From Raja brachyura (taxonomy: Eukaryota): a DNA stretch of 64,000 nt. The notes beneath the pieces were generated by a model. It did not search any database. It saw only the letters and a program-made list of their open reading frames with translations, and was not told the origin of the DNA. Position 1 is the first letter of the stretch. Each line of letters starts with the position of its first letter. The position numbers and the translations under genes are program-made. The stretch lies in assembly GCA_963514005.1 (NCBI GenBank), contig OY740818.1, positions 14,880,001-14,944,000 on the forward strand, in the 5' to 3' direction. Below are positions 48,601 to 59,149 of the stretch, one piece after another.

Positions 48601-51600
48601 ATTTCAATTTTGAAATCATTTGAATGGCAGAAACATTAGCATGCATTCGAACTCAGTTTTAACAATCAGTAAACCGGGATACGTGACTTTCATTTCTATG
48701 AACAGGACATGGAATTTATTATTTGAAGGGAGATAAAGTTGGTAGCTAACCTTGTGACCAAGTTGCTCGTGGAAGATACATTTCAAGTGCTGAGTACTCA
48801 GAAGCAAACCTCATGACAAATATGCAAACTTTAAATGAGCGGCTGAATTGTTTCCCACCTCTTTTTTGGCATATCTCTCTAGTCTTCCCAGGCTGCTAAT
48901 CTTATCCCATAGTGGTTACATTAAGATTGGCATATTTTTGTCATTAAAAAAATCACTTCACTGTAAATAGAAGTCATGGCAACTAATTACCATAAAAGCA
49001 TCAGGTGCAGATACCCTGCAGCTGATTTGAGTACCAAAGCATGCAGCATCTGAAGTGCATTCCACTGTTGGCCCAATATCAGGCCATTTTTATAAATAAA
49101 GCGTTAAAAACAAAGGCCATCAGCAGCTGCTTTTATTTGAAATGCTTCTGGTGGATCTTCATGATAAGAAAGTGATGACACGGTGGCAAAGCGGTCGAGT
49201 CACTGCCTTACAGCGTTTGCAGCGCCAGAGACCCTGGTTTGATCCCGACTAAGGGTGCCGTCTGTACAGAGTTTGTACATTCTCCCTGTGACCGTGTGGA
49301 TTTACTTCGAGATCTTCGTTTTCCCCCCACACTCCAAAGACACGGGTAATTAGGTTAAACTGGCTTGGTACAAGTGTAAAATTGTCCCTAGCATGTGTAT
49401 GATAGTGGTAATGTGCAGGGATCATGGTCGGTGCAGACTTGGTGGGCCGAAGGGCCAGTTTCCATGTTGTATCTCTAAATTAAACTAAAAGTGTGCTGAA
49501 TGCTCGTTGTTTGGCATGGGCTGGATGATGAGATGTGTTACACACAAAAATCTATGCACATTACATGAAGAGGAAAGTTACATTCTTGGTCCAACATAAT
49601 GCTGCATATTTTCCATAAAGAACATGGTTATATTTTTACTCTGTATAATAAATTTTCCAATGCACCCATTTGTGTAACAACTTTCAGTTTTGCATTTCAT
49701 AAAATCATGTTACCGGCCTGTTCATATTTTGTAAATGGATGTTTGGCAAAGCTGAAGAAAGATCCTAACTCTTGTCTCAATGTATTTCAGTCTGTAATTT
49801 ATCGCCCTACGAGTTATAAACTTCAACAAACCTTTGCATTTGCTCGGGTACTGCAGGACCGTTGTGTACGTCTCCCTGCCCATACTGATTATATACTGGC
49901 TGCTGTGCAGTTGTAGAGGGAGGAATTGAGGTTGGGGGTAGAGCTGATCCTGGTACTGGCCTCAAAGGTCCTACAAGAAACAATGACAGAATTTTAATTA
50001 ATACAAAGAACAATAAATGTATCTATTTAATTCTGAGATTACATTATTTCAAAAATCAAGAGGTTTAACATTCCTTTCAAATTAGAAAAAACAGAAATTG
50101 TGTAAAATGATGAACACTGCCTCAATAAACTAGAAAAATAACTGAATTTCTCGACAGAAAACAGGGGACATGAAGATGACCTGAATCATTGGTCACGTGA
50201 AATACCACCACGAGATACTGGTGCATCCCCGATAGTGCTTGTTGCAATGAAAGCAGTTGTCAGGAGAACTACACACAACAAAAGCACATTAAAAAAGGCT
50301 TCCCAAATTGTGCTAACTTATTAAAAATGAAAGATGAACATTATGTAGAAATTCTAACTTGAACTTAATTAAAAATTCGAACAGACCAGACTTAAAATAA
50401 AAAATGGTCACTTCCAGTGCACCTTTTGCATCTTAAAACATCATTTCTGTCGGCATTATTGCCGGGTATGGCAGCTGCTATACCCAAAGCCGCAAGAAAT
50501 TGCAGTTGTGGATGCCGCCCAGTCTACCAGTCAAAACTAGTTTCTTCTCCCAATCTACATCATTACACCCTTGCATTTTAATTTAATCTGCATTTTTCTG
50601 TTGTCGTCACCCTATATTCTGCACTCTGTTTCCTTTCCTTTTTTCACCAGAGATTGCACAAGTTATGGAATGATTGGCCTGGATAACACACAAAACAAAT
50701 ACTATATCTCAATACACTGTAAAAGCTGTTTTAAACTTTCGAATCAGGTCGTGCAGCCAATTCATTTTAATGGGAACTCTAAACCCAAGGGTAGAAAAAG
50801 GAAAATTACATATTTTTTAACTTGCTTTGCACGAGGACATAATTGTTAAAGTGTGTTTGCTAAATAATCTTTTCATTCTTCAAAATATAATCTTTAATTT
50901 TATTCGTGATAGGAAATGAATAACCCCGACTGCTGCAACAGACATCAAAGCTGAAGGTGTGATTTCGCCATCAGTTAAGGTTTCCCTTGGAGAGTTGTGA
51001 TTAAACATATTCTTATCGGCAAGATTACTTTTCTGGCTTGAACACGGCAAAAATCACTGTGTAGTGGAGAGAATCTGACATTGGAAGACCAGTCCAGAAC
51101 GCAAGTGCAAATGCTGACTTATGGGCAACATGTACGTTGCCATGTGTTGTCACAAGTGTGGAAAATTAAACTCAGTTAAATAAAATCCACAACTATAGCC
51201 CATTGAAATGCTCTAAACAAAGGGTTGATGGAAAGTTGCTTCATGGGATAAAGCAGGATGAAAATTTAATGGCATTACAGAAATAAAAACATTATTCAGT
51301 TCTTGCAGTAGAAGGCAAAACATCAAATCCTCATTGAACTTAATTAAAAATGTAGCAATTAATAAAATGACCAGCTAAAAATAATCTATCAGGGCTCAAT
51401 TTTAATTCATACATTTCTACAAAATGGGATTTTGCAACCAATATGAAGATTTATGAAGAGCGAATTGAAGATGCAAAACCATTTAAAACATAATCTTGCT
51501 CTGTAAGGTAGAAATTGGTTACAGGTACTAAACATAGTTACGGGCTTGGGCAAAACGAGAAATTACTGCTCATCTTCAATTCTTCCTAAATCAAGTAGTT

Positions 51601-54198
51601 TTCATAGGGATATGTTAAGTGCGATTCTGGAATGACCTGCAGACTAAAGGGAAGGCTAATGATCAGCAGACTAAATGGTGAACGGTGGTGCAGCGGTAGA
51701 GTTGCTGCCTTAATGTCATGGGGTGACGCCTGCATGGTCGTGAGTAGTCGCCCAAAGATTCGTACCTTTTCCTGGTCACCGCTTTTCAACATGTTGAAAA
51801 ATATTGGCCACCTGCTGCGACTATGACGGGTGCCAGCAAGTCGTCGTAAGCGGGCCAGGTACTTTATAGCGCTTGCAGTGCCGGAGACACTGGTTCGATC
51901 CCGACTATGGGTGCTGCCTGTACGGAGTTTGTACTTTCTCCCCGTGTGTTTTCTCAGAGATCTTTGGTTTCCTCTCACACTCCAAAGACGTACAGGTTTG
52001 TAAGTTAATTGGCTTGGTATAAGTGTAAATTGTCCCAAGTGTGTGTAGGATAGTGGTAATTTGCGGGGATCGCTGGTCGGTGTGGACTCGGTGGGCCGAA
52101 GATCCTGTTTCCATGCTGTATCTCTAAACTAAACAATGAAGATGACATTTCCAAGTTGAAGGATATTAAAAAGGTTTTTAAGCAACATTCTGCAAAATTC
52201 GTGACAACTATTACTAACCGCAGGTCTTCTTTAATTGCAGATTTATACAATTACCCACATTTAATTAATTGAGGTTCCCGACCTAAATATCACCTGTCCA
52301 TTCTCCCCACAGATGCTGCCTGACCAGCTGAGTTCCTCCAGCACATTGGGGTTTGAGCAAGATTCCAGCATCTGCGGTTCCGTGTCAACATGGTCCAGGA
52401 CTCCGGATTCTAGCCTAGTGACCCAACATTATCCGACCAAGCCAATGTGGAGGAAAGTACAACTAGAAGATACCCACATGCCCAAAGCTAATAAATAAAC
52501 ATGAATTTAATAGCCTTGGATTCCCGCAATTCCTCCTCAAGAACGGACGTGTGAAAGCAACAGAGTAATAAAATGCTCTGCATGAACAATTGTGGTATTA
52601 ACAGTGCCTACAAAGTAAATAGTGTTGGCAATTTGAGATAGAGAAGTGCACCACTGCAATCTTTCCATAATTACGGATGTTATTTCATTATTAGACTGTT
52701 CACTGCTTAAAAATTACATAATTTCTTTAGAGGCAATCCTTTCAAAATGTACCTTAATGCATCATTAACAAATGGATTGCTTACCGCCAGACCACAGATA
52801 AAGTAATATAAAGCACCATTAAGAGCTCTCCCCTCTTAGTCTTCTAGTGGTGGTGAGTCTCTGGAGTTCTCTGCCACAGAACGTAGTTGAGGCCAGTTCA
52901 TTGGCTATATTCAAGAGGGAGTTAGATGTGGCCCTTGTGGCTAAAGGGATCAGGGGGTATGGAGAGAAGGCACGTACAGGATACTGAGTTGAATGATCAG
53001 CCGTGATCATATTGAATGGCGGTGCATGCTCGAAGGGCCGAATGGCCTACTCCTGCACCTATTTGCTATGTTTCTATTCAATTTTAAACTAAATTATTTT
53101 TTACTTGTAGATGACACTGCGCTAGCAAAAACCATGGGATTAGATAGAGATTACACTTTGGCTAGACAAGAAAATCTACAGAGCGTAACCCATTTTATTC
53201 CGATATTGAAGATGCAAAGAACAGCTGCTGGAGATATTTAGGTACAATTTAAAGTAATCCCAAAGAAATTAAGTGAGAGCATTTGACAACCGAGGAATCG
53301 TGGATAAATGTCGAACAAGGAAAAGTGAAAAGCAACACGACTCAGTGTTTCAGAAACAAATTTTATTCGATAAGCATAAGCGAACTGATAAAAATCATCC
53401 CATGTAAATTTTACATCAATTTGCAAAACCCAAGGGGTGAGGAGTGTTAGAATGCCTGCCAGAAAGGACCATTTTAGAGATGCATTTAAATTAGTAAAAA
53501 TGCATTTGTCTGCAGTTTAATATGGTTTCTGCAAATAGCACCCGATTCCTTTCCATGAACTCCTTTTTGTTAGTTTGGCACATTATCTTTAAGTTGAACC
53601 TCGAAAATGAGTATTTCATACTCAGTTTGCATCTTATCTTGACGGCAGTAGGTTAAAGCCAAACTTCAAATGAGTTATTTCAACAACCTGAAACGTGGCC
53701 AACATAGATTCTTTAAACAAATGCTGATTTAAGCCTGCAAAAACTGAAACATATTTCTGCAAAGTTGTACAACTTGATAAAATATAAGTTTTTCCAGAAT
53801 GTCTTCAATCTGCCTGATACCCAAATACTCACTGTGGATCAAGAATGCAGATGGAACAAATAAATCTTCAAAAGAATGTATTCATGACCGCACTTCATAT
53901 TTGAAAGCGGTGAATATCAACATCTTAGAAATCCAAGGAAAATGTTCAATATAAAATTACATAAAGAAAGAATTTGAATCTGCTCAACATTGCATCAATT
54001 ACGTTTTGTGCTATTTGCTGACATACCTTGCGGCACAGCAGTTTGTTGGTAGCCTTGGACGGGTCCGTTGTATGGTCCATATTGAGGGGGCGGGACACCG
54101 GTCATGTGCTGGTTGTCATAAGTCAACTGCTGCTGGTGGTACCCTTGGTAGCCAGGCTGGGGCTGTCCATAAGATGCCATGTGACCTTGCTGATTCAT
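12465..54198 (-). CDS. SEC24C: SEC24C (COPII coat cargo adaptor), whole spliced CDS, 22 exons plus 1 cassette exon
   Basis: All exons have GT-AG sites with consistent phases; total 3312 nt (3381 with cassette). Pro/Gln-rich N-terminus, CNRC...CAFC zinc finger, trunk/vWA domain, LIL motif of the SEC24C/D class, and C-terminus [33 protein letters not shown] typical of SEC24C rather than SEC24D. Confidence 0.95.
13095..13300. mobile_element. Fold-back PLE terminal-repeat element
   Basis: About 74-bp arms at 13131-13204 and 13227-13300; TSD ccaggta[c/a]ggaatg; sits inside an older related copy beginning near 12930. Confidence 0.85.
13673..13762 (-). CDS. SEC24C: SEC24C exon
   Basis: [30 protein letters not shown]; 90 nt. 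Confidence 0.92.
14534..14725 (-). CDS. SEC24C: SEC24C exon (gelsolin-like domain)
   Basis: [28 protein letters not shown]; 192 nt. Confidence 0.93.
15171..15385 (+). mobile_element. HE1/V-SINE-like, internally deleted
   Basis: ccttacagcgccagagacctgggttcaatcc head and ggccgaagggcatgtttcc tail. Confidence 0.7.
15535..16985 (+). mobile_element. Old degenerate CR1 ORF2/3' fragment interrupted by a Rex1/Babar element
   Basis: Colinear, decayed similarity to the CR1 at 28945-30110. Confidence 0.65.
16255..16640 (-). mobile_element. Rex1/Babar-type LINE 3' fragment
   Basis: Encodes [39 protein letters not shown]; 3' stem-loop, atgacaataaa and (ttgaac)n tail. Confidence 0.8.
17090..17269 (-). CDS. 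SEC24C: SEC24C exon (LIL motif)
   Basis: [21 protein letters not shown]...FFYPRVLPV; 180 nt. Confidence 0.93.
17606..17828. mobile_element. Fold-back PLE terminal-repeat element
   Basis: Inverted arms around a degenerate hammerhead; flanks tttcatgtttagaat / tttcaggtttaaaat. Confidence 0.75.
18311..18608 (-). mobile_element. HE1/V-SINE-like
   Basis: B box gggttcgatcc, V core and tail on the minus strand. Confidence 0.75.
19114..19232 (-). CDS. SEC24C: SEC24C exon
   Basis: AYRSVLN...[18 protein letters not shown]; 119 nt. Confidence 0.93.
21676..21814 (-). CDS. SEC24C: SEC24C exon
   Basis: [18 protein letters not shown]...[17 protein letters not shown]; 139 nt. Confidence 0.93.
22549..22680. 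mobile_element. Degenerate fold-back PLE terminal-repeat element, centre deleted
   Basis: caaagtgctggagtaac...ctctggagaaaatggttttccagagatg...cactttgtg. Confidence 0.65.
23662..23807 (-). CDS. SEC24C: SEC24C exon
   Basis: [30 protein letters not shown]...[15 protein letters not shown]; 146 nt. Confidence 0.93.
24557..24653 (-). CDS. SEC24C: SEC24C exon
   Basis: [32 protein letters not shown]; 97 nt. Confidence 0.93.
27399..27569 (-). CDS. SEC24C: SEC24C exon
   Basis: TLFQPQ...[20 protein letters not shown]...YKYTYFQ; 171 nt. Confidence 0.93.
27787..28266 (+). mobile_element. CR1 LINE, 5'-truncated, young
   Basis: [40 protein letters not shown]...[14 protein letters not shown]; tttctatg terminal repeats. 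Confidence 0.92.
28757..28873 (-). CDS. SEC24C: SEC24C exon
   Basis: [39 protein letters not shown]; 117 nt. Confidence 0.93.
28945..30110 (+). mobile_element. CR1 LINE, 5'-truncated, with RT motifs
   Basis: [23 protein letters not shown]; frameshift near 29720; tttctatg tail. Confidence 0.93.
30236..30329 (-). CDS. SEC24C: SEC24C exon
   Basis: [31 protein letters not shown]; 94 nt. Confidence 0.93.
31033..31224 (-). CDS. SEC24C: SEC24C exon
   Basis: [47 protein letters not shown]; 192 nt. Confidence 0.93.
31481..31714. mobile_element. Fold-back PLE terminal-repeat element with near-intact hammerhead motif
   Basis: Inverted arms from about 31516 to 31710; ctgaagaagggtcgcgacccggaacgtc at 31616-31643; TSD aaacattta. 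Confidence 0.85.
32173..32297 (-). CDS. SEC24C: SEC24C exon
   Basis: [26 protein letters not shown]...LLDFLP; 125 nt. Confidence 0.93.
32720..33135 (-). mobile_element. Penelope-like element 3' end (ORF tail plus terminal repeat)
   Basis: Reverse complement parallels 34860-35220. Confidence 0.75.
33154..34073 (+). mobile_element. L1/Tx1-clade LINE 3' fragment
   Basis: [30 protein letters not shown]...[17 protein letters not shown]...YW (ORF2 zinc knuckle); T-rich 3'UTR, AATAAA at 34047-34052 and A-rich tail. Confidence 0.85.
34074..34482 (-). mobile_element. Penelope-like element fragment, left inverted arm
   Basis: Minus strand encodes [25 protein letters not shown] (GIY-YIG endonuclease signature), followed by the terminal repeat. 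Confidence 0.85.
34483..35220 (+). mobile_element. Penelope-like element 3' part (GIY-YIG remnant plus terminal repeat)
   Basis: RRCNAC...[22 protein letters not shown]...VAQHFN...KLEEKHLIF, then the hammerhead-like ctgaaaaagggtctaaacccgaaacgtc at 35090-35117. Confidence 0.88.
35484..35599 (-). CDS. SEC24C: SEC24C exon
   Basis: [36 protein letters not shown]; 116 nt. Confidence 0.93.
35990..36128 (-). CDS. SEC24C: SEC24C exon (zinc finger)
   Basis: [35 protein letters not shown]; 139 nt. Confidence 0.95.
38178..38305 (-). CDS. SEC24C: SEC24C exon
   Basis: [29 protein letters not shown]...LPADE; 128 nt. Confidence 0.92.
39424..39535 (-). CDS. SEC24C: SEC24C exon
   Basis: [37 protein letters not shown]; 112 nt. 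Confidence 0.92.
40914..40982 (-). CDS. SEC24C: SEC24C 69-nt in-frame cassette exon
   Basis: cccttttaag|[23 protein letters not shown]|gtaagt; phase 0-0. Confidence 0.85.
43097..43221 (-). CDS. SEC24C: SEC24C coding exon 5
   Basis: [13 protein letters not shown]...[12 protein letters not shown]; 125 nt, ends in phase 0. Confidence 0.9.
43784..44182 (-). CDS. SEC24C: SEC24C coding exon 4
   Basis: Pro-rich GPPASRPP...GFVPQQN; 399 nt, ttttcag / gtaagc. Confidence 0.9.
44651..45277 (+). mobile_element. GC-rich non-autonomous retroelement, 5'-truncated copy
   Basis: Shares its 5' and 3' blocks with 46001-47130; 3' stem-loop ttcagacc-gaaa-ggtctgaa followed by tgacaa. Confidence 0.75.
46001..47130 (-). 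mobile_element. GC-rich non-autonomous retroelement, longer copy with minisatellite core
   Basis: Tail stem-loop, atgacaataaa and (aatct)n; head ccggaagtggc; imperfect TSD. Confidence 0.75.
46220..46895. repeat. GC-rich minisatellite, units of roughly 30-35 bp
   Basis: Core gccgccgctgga[g/a]caccgcagctc repeated with alternating linkers (taagcggacc, caaaccagg, tgagctggg). Confidence 0.92.
47539..47717 (-). CDS. SEC24C: SEC24C coding exon 3
   Basis: [10 protein letters not shown]...[14 protein letters not shown]...SQGY; 179 nt, donor gtaggt keeps the frame. Not in the ORF track. Confidence 0.85.
48237..48305. repeat. 33-bp tandem duplication
   Basis: aaatttagggcttgaatgtaac at 48237 and 48270. 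Confidence 0.85.
49178..49489 (+). mobile_element. HE1/V-SINE-like, near full length
   Basis: A box tggcaaagcgg, B box ggtttgatccc, V core, tail gggccgaagggccagtttcc...taaactaaa. Confidence 0.85.
49832..49970 (-). CDS. SEC24C: SEC24C coding exon 2
   Basis: GPLRPVPG...[20 protein letters not shown]; 139 nt, AG/GT, phase-consistent. Confidence 0.85.
51680..52135 (+). mobile_element. HE1/V-SINE-like with internal insertion
   Basis: A box tggtgcagcgg, B box ggttcgatccc, V core, ctaaactaaac tail; 151-bp insert at 51713-51863. Confidence 0.85.
52846..53077 (+). mobile_element. CR1 3' fragment
   Basis: Near-identical to 29883-30110. Confidence 0.88.
54027..54198 (-). CDS. SEC24C: SEC24C first coding exon (exon begins at 54235 with 5'UTR)
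   Basis: [22 protein letters not shown]...[18 protein letters not shown]; acceptor ttcag before 54235, donor gtatgt; 172 nt, phase 1. Confidence 0.9.
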
Positions 54199-54461
54199 CT
54201 TTATTTCACAAAGTTCATCCCCAAACTGATGTTACCTGAAAGTAGTACAGAAAGACCATTTAGTCAGTCATATTCTTTCCATTCCACTGACTATTTTTCA
54301 TTAAAGGAAATGTGCAAGTTCACCTTGCAAGGTTCCCAAAATAGTGCACCGTTCTGATTGCACACAGGCTTTGGCAATGACTGTCCATGCAGTTTTAACC
54401 AGCAGCTTTACACCAATTCTAAACCATGTATCACAATGGCATTACCAGTTCCCCAGTCAGA

Positions 54462-54596
54462 CAGTCTGAAGAAGGGTCACGACTCGAAACGTCACCCATT
54501 CTTTCTCTCCAGACATGCTGCCTGTCCCGCTGAGTTAGCCCAGCTTTTTGTGTCTATCTTCGGTTTAAACCCACATATGCAGTTCCACCCTACACT
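54462..54596 (+). mobile_element. Solo PLE terminal repeat
   Basis: Same family as 35085-35220. Confidence 0.8.
54464..54497 (+). ncRNA. Minimal type I hammerhead ribozyme motif (PLE-associated)
   Basis: CUGAAGA at 54466-72, extra A, stem II gggt/actc, GAAA at 54486-89, AC-GU palindrome, GUC triplet at 54491-93. Stem I is weak in this copy. Confidence 0.6.
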
Positions 54597-57500
54597 AATA
54601 ACCAGACGTTGAGTAGCAGCATGTTATTTAAAATGACAGAGGCCTTCTGGAAATGGTATGTTATATAGCTGTATTGTATTATCTTTGGCAGTGAAATCAC
54701 ACTACAAAAGCAATAACTCTGGAACAGCATTAAACAGCTTAAATGAACAGAGTACAAGATAAACTTTCAATCAGCTTGAATGTATTAGAAAATCAAAACT
54801 GCAGGCATTAAAATTTAAAACAAAAACACAACGTTCTAGAAGTGCTCAGTGATTGGGGAAGAAAATCAATGCTTCAGAATGAAATACCTTAATCAGAGTT
54901 GAAAATGCGACAAAGGAATATATATCATGTATTTGTCAGTTCTAAATCCATCTGGATTTCTTCGTTGATTCACATTCAAGAGCACTTCCTTTGCCACCAG
55001 CCTACAGATTGCCCTACAATTTTGTACGATGTGGACTTGCAACAGCTATCCAACAAGGAAGTAGAGAAAGCATTCGACTGTGAACACAATGGTAACTTTC
55101 CATATTCTAATGGTATTGAAGAATCTTATTGCGGTTACAAGACAAAGCAATATATTTTGCATGATCATTCCTCATATTTGATACCAAATAGGTGTGGACT
55201 TTGGTAATTGTCTGCAATCCTAGGATGAGTAATTTGTCAACAAGCTGCAGAGGGCACAAGCATATAAACCTGTGGCTTGCATTACATCACATCCTAAGGT
55301 ATTTAATACACTGAAACTGAATCATGCTGTACAACAGAACCAAAACTGAGTGGTCGTGAAATGTTGGTGATTAGCTGATAATTCAACTTTTATTGCTGAA
55401 GCATTATTCTCATACAATAGTACCAAAATGTAAACCCCCCCCCAGATTATATTTTGCAGAATATTCAGTAATCAGCCATGAGATGCTGAGAATAATTTTG
55501 GTCGTGTTTCCAAAATTAGGTTGCTTTCGGTATGGTTTGGTCTCATTTTCTTAGACATTAAAAGATTTTGGCAATTCCAAGCCATACAGCCTATGTTGCA
55601 TGGAGTCCATGTTGCCACTTGTAAAGAAATGTGGATCATGAATGTGCTAGATGTTTGCACCAAACAAATGGAGATGTCAGAGTCTGCATGACTAGAAGTG
55701 ATAAGTAGAACAAGCCAACAAAGATTTGAAAGCAAACACAACATTTAAAATCAAGGCACTTTTTAAACTAAAGCTATTGTAGGTTATTGTATACTGAGGT
55801 AATAGATGAGCCCAAGTATATGGAGAGCACGAGGCACCTGGATTTATTGGAAGCTATCCACAAAGCTCAATCATACACATGCTCAATATCTGCTCATTTG
55901 GACCTTAAAATGCAAGCTTACAGACAATAACACAAGATAACCACTTGCCTTCAAAGTACTCCAGATTTAAGCAATCCCCATTAAAACTCTGTCAGAATTC
56001 TATCTTTCTCAAGTATTTCAAGTTATCAGTGAATCACAGGCGACAACTGTGTCAAGTACCCAGCAACAAGGTTCACACCCGGCAACCTTGTCTCACACGT
56101 TATAAATGTGATTAGTATACTGTTCTTTTACAGAGTACAACATTCACATATGTACGCGAGCTGGGTACTGTGCCCCAACAATGTAAACATAACTGTTCTT
56201 GCAGAAGCAACTAGCCATGATCTTAGAAATACAAAACAAAACTAGGCCATTAAGTGGCAGTTCTGCCATTCAAAAATCACTATCTCAATACAATATCCCC
56301 ACGCTGGCCATATATCACATTTCGCATCCTGCATAGAAATCTGATCGCATCTTTAATATATTCTGCAATTCAAAGGTTTGTGGTAGAAAAGTCTAACATT
56401 TTATCTTCCATGCACACTTCCTGCCAAAACATGTCAGTTTTTAAATAAATAAATCTATATTCTTCTAAACTCTCATGAATAAGGACTAAGTCGATTTGAC
56501 ATTATGCAATAATCCCACCATTCTGGGAATCTGCCAAGAACATTTTCTCTGCACTCTATCTCTCCAAAAGACAGCGGCCAAATTGTACACAATACTCCAA
56601 TCTCATATAATACATTGAGCTCTAGTGAAGGCCAAGATGCCTTAACAGCTTTGTTTAACTGCATGTTTGGTTACTCAATGTAGTAGGACATCCAGCTGTT
56701 TAACAAACACTATTTATGTGATACTCTAACCTTCTGGTTTTTCCCCATTAAGGTACATAACTTCACTGTTGTGAAGCGCCTGTCATAATTTTGTCCAATC
56801 AGCTCATCTAGGAATTTGAGACCTGAAATAGCCCATTATTTTATGCAAGTAGGACCTAACAATGTCTCATATTTGTCCCAGATATATTAGTAAAGTGCAT
56901 TATTCCTCTTCTGTCAGCACAATAAAGGAAGAACATAACCACAAATCTGCATTTCCGCCCTCAGCCCTAACCCCCCCCCCACCCTCCGGATAATCTTTTA
57001 ACCCCTTGTTTAAGAAAAATCTATTTCTAAATTTAAAATTTTCAAAGGATCTCCTTTGGCTTCCATTTGAGGGAATTCAGCGCTTGGAGAAAGACGTCAA
57101 CTCAAAGACTCAAATGGGCAACCTCTGTCTTTCAAACAGTGCAATGAGGGATAATTGTTTTCAGGGGAGGTTGTACTTAAAGTTGTAGTTCAAACACGCT
57201 ATTTTTGTTGATTGTGAACAGACTGGAATGATCCTGAAGCCAAACACTCAGTTCAGCAAAATGAGGGATTATTTCAATGTGTAATTTGAATTAAATGGTA
57301 GGCAGGATGACCCGAACAGGAACTAATGACAGCATATCAAACCGCAGTGTTTATTCATGTGCATATGCTTCTTCAATTAAAAAAAACAAAGTCATGGTTC
57401 ACAAGTTCTTGCCGTCTGCTTTATGTTTAACTACTACAATAGTAATTGGACCATTATTGGCAATGTTGGGCGGAGACAAAAATAACTGTGGAACACAAGT

Positions 57501-59149
57501 TTTAAAAATGTAGTGCAAATACAATACCGAGCTTAACAATAAACTATTCCCTTTGGTAGTTACAGGTATATATGTTAATCACTAAAATAAATTTGAAACA
57601 TCTCCCAGCTAAAATGACAAAAAATCTCTCGCAGTTCAACCGTAACAAAGTTGCTCCTGTGCATCAGCAACTTGAGGTTTTCCAAATAAATTGACCCGCA
57701 ACATCACCTATCCATGTTCTCCAAAGATGTTGTCTGACCTTCGGAGTTACTCCAGCACTTTGTGACACATTGTTAACTGGGACTGAAGAAACCCATGCCC
57801 ATGCCTTTTTATAATTAAAGCAAGTTTTTTAATAAATACAACTGAAGAACCTTACTAAGGATTTGCCCACGAGGAGCTTCAGCAAAGTATTCAGGCTCAT
57901 GATAAGTAAAATGTTAAACCAAGGTGCCCACTTGGTTGTCCCCATATATTGTGGTGCCCCATAAATTAACTCGCTAATCAACACGTGGAAATTTTTTAAC
58001 CCAATTTTAAATCTTAATTTTTCTGAGAATATTATCACATTCTGAACTAAATATTTAGTTCAAATGTCAAGTTCACCGAAACACTGAGAAAATCACAATT
58101 CCCCCACTATTCTGTTCAATTCTGATCTTGACAATTTTTCTCATCTCCAAGACTCCATTATTTTGCATCCCATAAACATACTGATCTCAAAAGAGAAGAT
58201 GGATTTCTCAGCTATTCAAGATAAAGAAATACCGATACACTTAGAGCCCATTTTTTTTTTCTCCAAACAATACAGAGCCAAGTGTAGTTATTGCAGCATT
58301 TCATAATCAAATTCAACCACTTACCAAAATGCTGGATTGCCAAAGAGGTATGACTAATAGGAAAGAAAATGAAGCTATTCAGAAACTTGATAAGCTGTCT
58401 ATTGCGCTAAGATATTTATTTATCATAGCTTGATATGCAACAGAAATATGATCCATTCTTAAATAACCAAATATTACAGACTTATGTTAATGGGAGGAAA
58501 TTTCAAATATCAGTTGTCGTTAAAATAACTTTCTGAATTTCCTCCTATGTGGCTGAGCTCCAACTTTTAACTATTGTCACTTTAAAAATTCCCCAGCATA
58601 AATGACTAACATGTGCCCACTGTAATTAATATTTTTAACATGTTAAACTCAAAGATACAAGAACACTTTGTGCGAGATATTTATAAAATAATACACACCT
58701 CAATTCTATTACAATTGTGTCACATCAAATACAGGAAGGGACAGAAGGAAAGCCCAATATCACATTATATAGAAACAGCAGGTAGAGGAAAGTGCCTTAA
58801 TGCCTTTGCCTTAACAAAGTCAGAAAGCGCAAAGAAAATACTTCAGAATAACAGTCGAGTCGATCAAGCACGAGTTGATCAATCATCAGAATCTATGCCT
58901 AGTTCTAAACATCACCCACTCAGAATGTATTTGATAATTCTTCTCAAAATCATATGGCTCATTAAGATTATCTTCCATTCTTCAAAACTTAAATATTGGT
59001 CGAATCTACTCAAATTCACATCATTCAGCAACCATTTTAACCCAAGGATCCAGATAAACCTCTCCGCAATGCTCCCAAAGCAACCCTGTCCATCCTTAAA
59101 TGCGGAGACCAAACCTGTATGCAATAGTCCAAAATGGATACACAAGAGA

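Noticed and set aside
49178-49260. tRNA gene
   Set aside because: The A and B boxes belong to a SINE head followed by the V core and tail; no complete cloverleaf.
12465-54198. SEC24D assignment (start MNQQG resembles SEC24D MSQQG)
   Set aside because: The C-terminus and the YNGPV.GYQQT motif match SEC24C.
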